From assembly GCF_009914755.1 (NCBI RefSeq), contig NC_060932.1: a stretch of DNA of 64,000 nucleotides; one strand, written 5' to 3'. The position numbers were made by a program, and so were the translations under genes. Origin of the DNA: the human T2T-CHM13v2.0 reference genome, Homo sapiens. Each line of letters begins with the position of its first letter. Positions within the stretch are counted from its first letter, which is position 1. This document shows, in pieces, positions 1-20,998 of this stretch. A model generated the notes under the pieces. That model was not told the DNA's origin. It saw only the letters and a list, made by a program, of their open reading frames with translations, and did no database searches.

Positions 1-2585
1 AAAATTCTTCCCTAAGCACATAGATCTGTTGTTACAACTGTTCAAATATAACCTTAACAGTGGTGAAGGAAAGTTGTTTTAACTGTTATTCGAGTTCACT
101 TTTTAATTCAAAGAAACCTAATGCTTCCATATTCTAACAAAGGGTACTAGGTATTTTATAAATAGCTAAATAATATACAGTGAATATTTCCTGTGAATTA
201 TGGGTCCCAGTGATTTGTATTCCTTAAAGGTATCTGAAATTAAGGGCATTTTTACCCAGCTAGAAAGTTACTATTTTTACATTAACAAAAGAGATGGATT
301 GACTCTATTAACATTGCTTGGGTTTGAAAGATAGTTAAATAATCAAGTAACAATTAGTTTTTCATTGTATGGTGCTACACAGTATTCTCGGTGGATTTTA
401 TATGCAATATATAAATGCATTTAATGTCTATTTTAAAATTACTAAGGCTCAGGCACCTCCTAGCATGTTTGCAAAGAGAGGAAACATCTGTCAGAAGTAT
501 TTACTGTGACAAACACAGAAAGAAGCAATAATGTGTACTTTTTTGTTTGTTTAATACCATATTTTAAAAAATTGAACAGTGAAGGCATTTGTTCAGAATC
601 AGCCTTTAAATAAAAAATAGGTTTGACCTAATCTTTAATTAAAGTATACATTGATAGTATCAAGTTCAGTTTGAGGGTCAAAAACAACGTCAATGAGTCT
701 GACTTTTTCCTCCCAGTAGAGAAAGCAGGCTTGTATAAACATACATGAGCACAGATTGCACACATTTATAAAAGAGGTGGAAAACATTCCCCTGTCTTTG
801 GACAGATGTTGCTTCACTGGCTCCACATAGGATACAGGCACAGCCCCCAGTGTGTAGAACCCTAAAGGAGTGTGGGGCACATACCTTTAGCTTTTTGGAA
901 GATGCACCGTAAGCTTATTTCTACCTCTGAGCAGGCTCCCCACCTTGAATATTAAATATAGAGTGTAGGGACACGTCTGCTGATGCCAGCTCATTCTTTC
1001 CCTTAAAGTAATTAAGGCAAGGGGTAGCTTTAATCAATTTTCTAGAAACTAAAAATCTGTTCTTTGTGTTTAGGCTGAGTATTTTGTTTTTAACACTTTA
1101 CTGACCTTCTAGCTTTATTTTGATTATCTCCTGGATTTATGTTAAATTGCTAAAATTAGCAAAAGGCATGCCCTGAAAATCTGTATCAAGAGTTTGATGA
1201 AACTCTGTAATATATTTGATTACCTTTTATTAAAGAGAGGTAGAACTGATAATCTCATTTAATACGTATTAAATCTTTTGATATACTAAAACAATATTTT
1301 GGCATACCTAAGGTGAAAGTATTGCCTGAGGAAATAATAAGCATTTAAAAATTTATGTAATGCTTTTTCACAGGATAAAATTGAAGACTCAGGATTGAAC
1401 ATAATTGGCTTCACTTGATGGTGGCAGAGGCAGGACATTCTTATGTTCTCACAGAACCCTTTTGGTTTGCTGGCTTCATTTAGGATAGCCTATCTTTGCA
1501 GTACATAGTAGTTTGTATTTTAAAAAATGCATTTAGTTCTGTATTTAGTGTTCGTAGTTAGGAAAATGAGGGTAGAGTGATTTATTTGATGTTTTATCAG
1601 TGTACTCCTAGTGACTTGAGCTTTGCTTGGGGCTACAGAATATGTGGAATGGGCCACAGCTCACTATTGATCTAACAATGCACGTGGCAATGTATAGAAT
1701 TCATCAACATTGTTTTCTGAGGCTGTGTACATTTTTATTGTTTTATTTTCTTCCTTGATGATATACTAGCAAGATTTTTCAAAATGCTTGGCAAAGCAAC
1801 AAAACTTAAGAACACTGTTGTGGAATTGATAACAGTTGTGTAAATCTTTAAGAAATTATTGTGGTGCTATGGACAAGTAGGCAATGGTTTGGTGATAATG
1901 ACAATGGACATAAGCAGTAAATGTCTCACATAGCTCCTGTTTTATTGTGAATGGAGAGGAGGCAAGACCAAAACGAGGACTCCCTGCATATCCTTTCACT
2001 TCTCCCCAAATAAAGCATTTTCCATACCCACAGACCTTCTCTCTCCTAAGACTGCATCCCAGCAAGCCTGAGCCACTCTGCAGGGAATAGGGGTAGGACA
2101 GTGCAGCAGTAATGTTCACAGGGCTTCTTGAGGTGGGCTGTACTAGGCAATTCTAAATCATCATCCCTCGATGGGACCCTTCGAAGAGGGTGTCATGATA
2201 AGCCCACTTGACCTTCAGCAGGCAGTTCTGGGAAAAGGAAAACGATTCCAAAGTATGTCCCCTGGCTCTGTTTACTTTCTCAATGAAATATGCTATTATT
2301 GGCCTTTAGTATATTGCGATCACTAATCTTATTTGGTTGGAAGGATCAATAGAGCAATCATTGTATTGATTATAAATGAAAAAATAAGTTTAATGCAAAA
2401 TTTATAAGATGTATTAGGATCTGGTTTTTAAAGCCCATAGCATTTATCACATTATAGAGTAATTATATCACATTTGACTCCCCAGCTAGCTTGTGGCAAA
2501 ATATTTGAGATCAGGATTATCTCATTTGAGTTTTTATATTCAGTGTTGCCCAGCATATGGCAGATGTCTCATGTTTTATATATAA

Positions 2586-2915
<330 letters not shown>

Positions 2916-3493
2916 TCTGGTTTATTTTTCCATCAAAGCAATACCTTTTTTAAACCAAAAAGCAAATTTTTCCTCATCAGGAGAAACTTCTGCCTCCTTC
3001 AGAGACAACAGCTTAAAAATCTGGTTTGTAGAAGTGGTGAAAGTAGTCTAATTCTGTAGGCCTCTGGACTTTCTGCAACCATATGCTCTGAAGTCGCCCA
3101 CCCACTGGTGGACTAGTCATCATCAGCTAGGCCTCAGGCTCCTTTGACAGAATCCCTGATCATTGAGACATCTTTACCTACTGCCTCTGGGACTTTTCGG
3201 AGTCTCCTACCTTACCTCAGTGGGTGTATCCAGTCTAACGCCGAAGTCTTCTGGAAACACCCCTTCCCATCGTAACTTTCTGAGTGTTTGGGCAGACCAA
3301 CAATGAACTTTTTTTTTCTTTCTTTCTATGTTTGGCCAAAAAGGATTGAGAACAAAGAACTAGGAGACAGATTGGATGGCCTCTGTTCCTCTTTGTTTAC
3401 TGTGAAGATGTCTCCTCCCCACCAAAAAGATAAAGTCACATAAATATTTGAAAGAACCTACCCCATCTCTTAAATAATTTTAGTGTAATCTTC

Positions 3494-3667
<174 letters not shown>

Positions 3668-4787
3668 CTAAATTTTTAAAAAGGGTATAACAATATTAGA
3701 TTATCTAAAAATTAAATAAAGCCAAATGAATACACAGTAAAACTAGTAATAAAATTAATAACCCGAGGAAAAAATAGCACAGACTTTCATATACAAAAAC
3801 CTATACAGGAAAGTTCATGATCAACTCTTAAAATAAAATGAGCATGCCAACATTAATATAAACATTAACTGCCCTTAATTTTACTGTTCTGAGTTAGTTT
3901 ATTTTTTCAAATTGTTTAACTTGTAGGGAGTAAATTAATCGTGTATCGTTTTGGGGATATGTCCATACCTTTATTCTGGCACTTAACATTCCATATCATT
4001 TACCTGCTTTCAGATCCTCCTCCCTTTCCAGCAGTAATTTCCTTTTAAGTAGGGACAGCCCTATTCACCTCTAATCCACAGTGGCTGGCATATTCTTGGA
4101 CACATTCGAGGTGCTTAATAAATGTTTATTAAATGTTTGTTATGAATTTTTCTATAGAAGTGCTATAAAAGAAAGGGCTAAAAGATGTGAGTATAATATT
4201 TTGGATTTTATTAAGATATTAAAGTATGTTTACAATTTTGTGTTATATAGCTATATGGCTATACTTAGGATAAGATTTTTAAATTGTAAGATCCTTGAAG
4301 TTAGAGGTTATAATAATTCCTATAATTTTACCATAATCCCCAATATAGAGCTCCAAATTTACAAGGCTATCAAAAACACATAAAAGATTAGGAAGTACAA
4401 AAATTATTACCATCTTTTTAAGAATTCCTGTTCCCTTACAATGTATTTGGTTGCACAGAGGTGCCTTTAAAAAGTTCATCTTAACTCTTCTAAAGACCTG
4501 AAAGGTAGGTATACTGTAGATTTTGAAAATACATAATATATTTTCTAGATTTTAATTTATGCTTTCCCTTTCTCTTGCACAGTTATAAAAGAGTCTTTGC
4601 ATAAAGACCATATAGTATGCTATTGGACATATACAAAAGGATAGAGTTATTGTATATTACATACGTGTATACAGGGATGTCACTGCTTTTAAGCCTGAGA
4701 GTTCCAGGTTTGTACCATCTGTTTGGATGGGGATGGCAAACATGGGCAAAGGGGAGGGAGGACCTACAAATGGCCAAGGAAGAATAA

Positions 4788-5258
<471 letters not shown>

Positions 5259-5714
5259 TAGCTCCTTTTTAGTTATAAAAATTGTTTACATATCACATAT
5301 TTCCACATCTGTTATTTTCCCAAATTCCCACCAAATTGAAGTGAATTTCTAAGTAGAGCATTATTGCTTTAGAACATTAATTGTCCTTATATCCCAGCTT
5401 CATTTAGCCTGTGCCCCCTGCTAGCTTTGTAAACTCAAGACAAGTCACTTCATTTGCTGAAACTGAACTTTCTCATCTGCAAAATGCATATAATGATCTT
5501 CTGCCTCACAGGTTATAATGATTAAATGCAGTAATGTATGTAAATATCTGAAATGTTTAGCACAGTAAATGTCAGTTCTTTTTTCTTCCCTTGCCCCCTC
5601 TTCTTTGCCTTCTAATTCTGAGTGCTTTCCATTTTAAATTATTAATAATTATCATAACAGCAACTACCACAAGGTCTGAAATGAAGCTTACATACTATAA
5701 CATTCTATATGGAC

Positions 5715-8159
<2,445 letters not shown>

Positions 8160-8421
8160 CTAGATTATAAAGAGATTAATAAGGACTGTTTTGAGAAAAT
8201 TAAATGGCTAATTTAAAAAAATTTAGTTGAGACATAATTGTACATATTTATAGGGTACATAGTGATGTTGCAATACATATAATGTATAGTGATCAAATCA
8301 GGGAAATTAGCATATACATCATCTCAAACATTTATCATTTCTTTGTGTTGGCATCATTCAATATTCTCCTTCTAGCTATTTGAAACTATATATGATTGTT
8401 AACTATGGTCATCCTATAGTG

Positions 8422-8943
8422 CAGGGGTCCCCAACCCCAATGGTCCTGGTCTGTGGCCTATTAGAAACTGGGCCGCATAGCAGAAGGTGAGTGGCAGGTA
8501 AGCGAATGAAGCTTCATCTGTATTTACAGCTGCTCTCCATAACTCGCATTACCACCTGAGCTCTGCCTCCTATCAGATCTGCTACAGCATTGGATTCTCA
8601 TAGGAACATGAACCCTATTGTGAACTGTGCATGCGAGGGATCTAGGTTGTGAACTCCTTATGAGAATCTAATGCCCAATGATCTGTCACTGTCTCTCATT
8701 ACTCCCAGATAGGATCATCTAGTTGCAGGAAAAAAAGCTCAGGGCTCCTGCTGACTCTGCGTTATGGTGAATTACGATTTCATTATACATTACAGTGCAA
8801 TGTTAATAGAAATAAAGTGCACAATAAATGTAATGTACTTGTATCATCCCAAAACAATATCCCCCTCCACCACACTTCTGGTCCATGGAAAAATTGTCTT
8901 CCACAAAACCAGTCCCTGGTGCTACAAAGGTTGGGGACAGCTG
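8422..8943. mobile_element. MER1A-like hAT-Charlie DNA transposon
   Basis: Terminal inverted repeats caggggtccccaacc / ggttggggacagctg; ~520 bp; degenerate 8-bp TSD ctatagtg / ctatagaa. Confidence 0.85.
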
Positions 8944-9836
8944 CTATAGAACTCTAAAGTTTATTCCGCCTATCTGGTTGTAATTTTGTAACCTTTACCA
9001 AATCTCTCTCTTCCCTTGCCTTATTCCCTCTGGCCTTCCCAGTCTGTAGTATCCTCGTTCTACTTTTTAATTCTATGAGATCAACTTTTTGGTTTTTTTT
9101 TTTTTTTTAGCTTTCACAGATGAGTGAGAACATGCACCATTTCACTTTCTGTTTCTGGCTTATTTCACTTAACATAATGTCCCCCATTTCCATCCGCGTT
9201 GTTGCGAATAACAGGATTTCATTCTTATTTATAGTTGAATAGTATTCCATTGTGTATATATACCACATTTTCTTTATCCATTCATCTGTTGGACACTTAG
9301 GGCAATTCTGTATCTTGGCTATTGTGAATACTCCTGCAACAAACATGAGGGTGTGGATGTCTCCTTGATACACTGATTTCTTTTCCTTTGGATAGATGGT
9401 CAGTAGTGGGATTGCTAGATCATATGGTAGTTCTTCTTCTTTTTTTAATTCAAGGAATTTTTTTAAATTCAAGGAAAATCTGGTAGTGTTCTATTTGTAG
9501 GTTTTTGTTTTGTTTTGCTTTTTTTTTTTTTTTAGACGTAGTCTTGCTCTGTCACACAGGCTGAAGTGTAGTTGTGTGATCTCAGCTCACTGCAACCTCC
9601 GCCTCCCAGGTTTAAGAAATTCTCTGCCTCAGCCTCCCGAATAGCTGGGATTACAGGCGTGTGCCACCACGCTCAGCTAATTTTTTTTGTATTTTTAGTA
9701 GAGACGAGGTTTCACCATCTTGGCTAGGCTGGTCTTGAACTCCTGATCTATGATCCAACTGCCATGGCCTCCCAAAGTGCTGGGATTACAGGCGTGAGCC
9801 ATCGCGCCCACCCTTGCTTTTTTTTTTTTTTTTTAA

Positions 9837-10356
<520 letters not shown>

Positions 10357-10544
10357 TAGTCTCAACTGATACTCCTGCCTTGGCCTCCAAAAGCACTGGG
10401 ATTACAGTTGTAAGCCACCATGTCCAGCACCCTATTTGTAGTTTTTTGAGGAACCTCCATTCTGTTCTCTATAGTGGTTGTACAACTTTACATTCCCACT
10501 AACAGTGTATAAGAGAGCTCCCTTTTCTCTGCATTCTCACCAGC

Positions 10545-11289
<745 letters not shown>

Positions 11290-12719
11290 TAAGTGATATT
11301 GGGCATATCTTTCTTATATTTGTTGGCCATTTGTATGTCTTCTTTTGAGAAATGTCTGTTCAGATCCTTTGCCCATTTTAAAACTGGGTTGTTTTTTTGC
11401 TTTTGAGATGTTTCAGTTTCTTGTATATTCTGAATAATAATCCTGTCAGATGAATAGTTTACAGATATTTTCCCCATTCTATAGGTTGTCTTTTCACTCT
11501 TGATTGTTCCCTTTGCTGTGCAGAAGCTTTTTAGTTTGACATAATCCCACTTGTTTATTTTTGTTCTCATTGCCTGTGCTTTTGAGGTTCTATTATAAAA
11601 TCTTTTCCCAGACCAATGTCCTGAAGCATTTCCTCTGTTTTCTTCTAGTAGTTTTATAGTTTCAGGTCTTATATTTAGGTCTTTGATCCATACTGAGTTG
11701 ATTTTTGCTTAGGGTGATAGCTAGGGGTCTAGTTTCATTCTTCTGCATATGGATATCCAGTTTTCCCATCACCATTTATTGAAGAGGAGGATAGCTTGAG
11801 CCGAGGATTTCAAGATTAGCTTGGGCAACACAGTGAGACCTCATCTCTACAAAAAATATTTTAAAATTAGCCGGGTATGGTTGCACACGCCTGTCATCTC
11901 AGCTACTTGGGAGTTCTGAGGTAGGAGGATCATTTGAGCCTGGGAGATCGAGGCTGTAGTGAGCTGTGATCCAACATATGTTCTTGGCACCTTGGTCAAA
12001 AATCAGTTGGCTGTAGCTAAGTGGATTGGTTTCTGGGTTCTCTATTCTGTTCTACTAGTCTATGTTTCTGTTTTTATACCAGTACCATGGTGTTTTGGTT
12101 ACTATAGCTTTGTTGTATATCTTGAAGTCTAGTAGTGTGGTGGCTCTGGCTTTGTTGGTTTTGCTCAGTATTGCTTTGGTTATTGGGGTTCCACACACAT
12201 TTTAGGATTTTTTTTCTATTTCTGTGAAAAATGTCATTGGTATTTTTATAGGGATTGCATTGTATAGATTGCTTTGGTTAGTAGACTATAATTTTTTTAA
12301 GTTGTAAATTTAAAGACATATTATTATTTTGTCAAATTTCATTGAAGTTAACAATTAATTAATGTAGTTGTCCCTAAATTAGGAAGAATTTTTGAAATCA
12401 GTTAAAATGAAAGAAACTACATTATTTTTAGAATTGGCCCAATTCTGGGGTGAGGGCTGGTATTAAATATTTAAAAAGTGACATCTTTGGTGTAATACTG
12501 AAAATATGTAAAATACTAGAATCCTTACCCTAGGTCTAGTTCTGCCCTTCACAGCCAGCCAGGAATGAACAGAGGAAAAATACCTTCTGACTATTTTAGA
12601 AGTTTCAGATCTTGAGAAATTCACATTGCAACACAGTATACTGTAATATACTCATGAGTATATTATCAACTAAGAAAATCCCATTCTACTTAATGATTTT
12701 CCATAATTTATATTCTTTA

Positions 12720-15542
<2,823 letters not shown>

Positions 15543-16981
15543 TAGAAATTGCGCTTCATAAATTATACAAATAATTTTTGCAAGTTGTAAGACATTTGGA
15601 AAACACACAAAAAATAAAAAAATTATTCCCCAATGAGAAATAATCACTGATAACACTTTTGTATATTTCTTAGCATGTTTTTATTTTCTATATATGTATA
15701 TAAAATTGGAATCCTCTATATTAGTTTTGCATCCTGCTTATTAATATTGTGTTGTGAACATTTTACCATTTTTTCCTTAAATATGGCTTATGTTTCCTTA
15801 ATGGCTGGTTTTCTGTTGTTTATGGATATATTATAAAATATTGAACAATTCCCTTATTATAGGATATTTATATTGCCTATATTGTTTCTTTAATTACATG
15901 AACACAGATGATCTTCATTTAATAGAAGGATGGTTTTTTTCTTCAAAATTTTTTTCTTTCTTTCCATAGGACTCTGCTTGATAGATTTTTTCTAATAAAA
16001 TTTATGTATAGTAGTTTTGAAAATTAGATAGTTTCTCTCATTATCCATGTAATCCACTAGATCCCAGAATGTAGAAAGGATGCAGTAAAATTTATTAGAT
16101 CACACATCCTTTCAGGGATAATGACAATATTCTGATAAAATATTAGTTGTACTACTGAAAATATTAACACTACCACTTAAACATGAGCCATAATACTGTG
16201 TTATACCCAAAGTAGAAAACAAAATGTTGAAACAAAGAATATAAACTAGAACCACAGAATCTAGAAGTAAAACTGTCTCCATATCTTATTTCATGTACTT
16301 TTTTTTTCACTGAACTAGCTAGTACTCTCCAAACCATAAGAAATTGTCAAACATCTTAGTACTTATAACTTTACAATAAAGGTCATTCTTTTTTATTATT
16401 TATTTAAACAAACTCTTTAATCATACGCACATAAGGGGAATAAAGGGCAACACCAGGCTGACTGGGGAAGGGAGCAAGATATTCTCCCTTTGTCCCAATG
16501 TCTGCTTGGCACAGTTCTGAGATCATACAAGTGGGAGTGGGTTGGGAAACAGAATAAGTGAGAGGACAGAAGAGACAAAGGCAAGAGGGGAGAGGCAAGG
16601 GCTTGCAGTAGTCTCAATCAGTGGACTCTACACAGATTCACTCAGCGCAAGGTCCCAGTAATGTTCAGCCCCATGCTTTCTGAAATGCTCATGAGCTATG
16701 TTCTCTATAGGACACTGTTTAAACTTCATCTCTCCAAAGCTCCGGTCTTTGGCTGTACCCTCCCAGAATAGTACACATTTGTTGGTTTTCTTCACAGCTT
16801 CCTCATCAGGTTCCTCATGATCATCTCCCTTTGTGTTAGATGTCTGTTCATCCCACTTTATCCGATGCAGCATAAGATGCTTCAATTTCTTCTGGGTCTT
16901 GGGGCCCCCTTCCACTACTACCACGTTGACACCCTTGTGCAGTAACACCACTCCTATCAGGTACAGTTGCCCAGCATTGGC

Positions 16982-17074
16982 CTCAATCTTGAACTTCTTG
17001 GCTGGGGTGCTAAATTTCTAACTCCATCTCAATCTTGAACTTCTTGGCTGGGGTGCTCAAATTTCTAACTCCAT
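16982..17074. repeat. 46/47-bp tandem duplication within the PRPF3 pseudogene
   Basis: ctcaatcttgaacttcttggctggggtgct(c)aaatttctaactccat occurs twice. Confidence 0.95.
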
Positions 17075-17155
17075 ATACAGATACGTGTACCCCCTGTGAA
17101 ATGTCTTAAGCTTTTAAATTTTCTTGACCTTTCTGTGTTTTGCTGTGAGTTTTCA

Positions 17156-17770
<615 letters not shown>

Positions 17771-18501
17771 TCAAAAAAGGTATTGGACTCCATGTCTTCT
17801 GATGGCTTTTCTTTTAGCTGTTGCTTGAATGGTTCCCTCCGAAGAGGGAACAGCACGAATATTGGCAGGAGTAGACATGCAGTGTGTCAGCTCAATCTCC
17901 TTGCCTGTTGCATCTACAATGCACCCTTGCTCATCTAGGATCAGTGGTGTAGGTTTAATTTGGTCTTTTAACTCCCCCTTTGGGGAAGCAATGCCCATGT
18001 CATGGAGATTAGACGGGCCCACCATGTTGGCATTGCTGATGAGTCCTGGCTTCAGTGCCAGCCCGGCTTGGATTCGAGCTTGTAGTTCAGCTGTTTTCCT
18101 TGCCTTCTCAATGGCATCATTCATGAAAGTGGCACCCTGGGAGGGCTGAATAGTGTGGCCAATTGGAAGTTGCTCTGGTTGGGAGGAAGAAGGAGTCTTT
18201 GGCTGAGGTGTAGGGGGGCTAATGAAGCACAGCTGTTTTTTCCTCTCCTGGATTTGCCATTTTGCTGCGTCCATCATCTGTTTGATGTGGAGCTTAGTCA
18301 GCATGCCAGGACTCTGATGGAGGCCCAGGGATCACCTCTGGCTCTTCTTCCACCTTCTCAAAATGGGGTATTTGCTGCTTCTTTACTCCTGATGATTCCT
18401 TGGAGAGCTCAAGAGTCATCACCAAACACCTTCTTTAGCTTTCGTTTTCTGCTTCCGTCACTGCTAGACTTGGAATGCCTAGAGCTTCCGCCTTCCTCCT
18501 A

Positions 18502-18794
<293 letters not shown>

Positions 18795-18889
18795 ATCCAT
18801 GGTTTCAGCTCATCCAGCTCCCTCTTAGTGCCATTTTTCAGGAAAAAGAATAGCTCAAATGGGACTCAATACTACAGCTCACAAACTTC

Positions 18890-19130
18890 AGCCCCGAGAC
18901 GGAGGCCGAAAGTTAAACCGGAACCAGAAACCTTCTGACTGCCCTAGGCCTGTTGTCCCTATCGCCACGGCAGCTGCCACGCCGCTGTCTCCCAACACGT
19001 GACCAGAGTGGGCCGGGCCGCCAATTCGTGCAGCCATGTTTGCCACTTTCCTGGAGGCAGAGCGCATGCGTCGCAGAACCGAAACGTTTCCGTGAACAAG
19101 TTGCTTGCTTTCTGTTTCCCGGACTAAGCC
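18890..19130. promoter_or_regulatory. CpG-rich promoter-like segment inside the PRPF3 retrocopy
   Basis: About 18 CpGs in ~240 bp; CCGGAA 18918-18923, CACGTGAC 18996-19003, CCAAT 19021-19025, GCCATGTT 19033-19040, GCGCATGCG 19062-19070. Confidence 0.6.
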
Positions 19131-19346
19131 TGTTTCTGCCAAGTTAATGTCTTTAACTTCCTGAAGCGGAAATTAGGCTACTTGCAGTTTTCCTTATATG
19201 GAGAATAAGTGCGCAAAAGTAAACTGCTAGAACGAAGAGTGAGGCTTCTGCGTTTGTGCTCAAACATAGCCTTTCTGATAGAAAGTAAATACTTTCACAG
19301 TCGTGATAACTAGAATTAGCCATCCCTCCTTAACCTTTTCTCCCTA

Positions 19347-19520
<174 letters not shown>

Positions 19521-19737
19521 TTATATTTATTGATGTCTTTCCAGATCTATTTTTATTAATAATTATATAGCTTGTTAGTATATTTTTGGATGAGATATAT
19601 GTAATCAATACATACTTTAAAAATATACTATAAAGATAAGGAATGAAAATTCCAAGTCTTTTATTGTAATCTCTTCTTCCTCATGTTAATGTCCCAAACA
19701 GAGCTGAGGAATGACTAGGAAACTATGCCTCCGTTAA

Positions 19738-20112
<375 letters not shown>

Positions 20113-20711
20113 TGAAGACTGGGAGCCAGGTAATGAATTCAAGATTATAGAACTATGAGATTTATTTCATTTTAATAAGTTTCTCTCAATACAAAATTTG
20201 CTTCCACTCATGCTAAGTAAACCAAATATGTGGATTGTCACTCTATTTGGTGAGGACTGGGTAACCTAAAAAACATAAAATGACTCCCATAGCCTTCGTG
20301 AGAGGTCACTGCCCATCTTTCTGATGCTGTGTCACTTGGTCACTATTAATCGAGTGTTTTTGTCCATTTCCCCCAGTATGGTGCACATTCAGGAATGTTA
20401 TTTGTAAGGATCTCATAAAGGGTCTCGTCACCCAGCTCTCCTATCAAACGAAAGGGATTCCTGTATGTTCTTAGGGTAACATTTGGCAAATGTCAAGCAA
20501 TGAAAACTTTGATCAATTTTATCTACAGAACCAAGAGCTAAGGAGTCTCTTGGGATCATCAAAGGATTTGTGCTAACGAAAGTTTGGCAAAAGGTCAGCA
20601 AGTTCTACACATTTATGACTAACCATTTTTATTGGTAATAGCAAAATATCCTCCTTAAGGAATAAGTATCAGGTGCTTTAATTACTTCTGAACAGCAGAT
20701 GTTTTTCATGC

Positions 20712-20717
20712 TTTATT
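20712..20717 (-). terminator. AATAAA poly(A) signal for the exon-6 read-through isoform (second AATAAA at 20628-20633)
   Basis: Plus-strand tttatt ~150 nt downstream of the read-through TAA. Confidence 0.5.
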
Positions 20718-20866
20718 TGTCAATTTTAACTTTTGCTCTTATTCAAAATATTGAATTTAAAGTTGACAATTTTCACAGATCCAGATGTCAGATTTATATT
20801 TCTGAAAGCTTGCTGGTAAAATAACCAAAAAGTTAACTAGGTGTCATTCTCTTAAAAATTATATTA

Positions 20867-20998
<132 letters not shown>

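Noticed and set aside
2922-3020. Minus-strand frame IFKLLSLKEAEVSPDEEKF... as the ancestral last PPP1R42 exon
   Set aside because: The available acceptors do not match the phase of the exon 7 or exon 8 donors; the resemblance to a recalled orthologue tail is only a few residues.
18888-19147. ORFs of 84 aa (-) and 64 aa (+) over the CpG-rich block
   Set aside because: Expected by chance in GC-rich sequence; no recognisable family.
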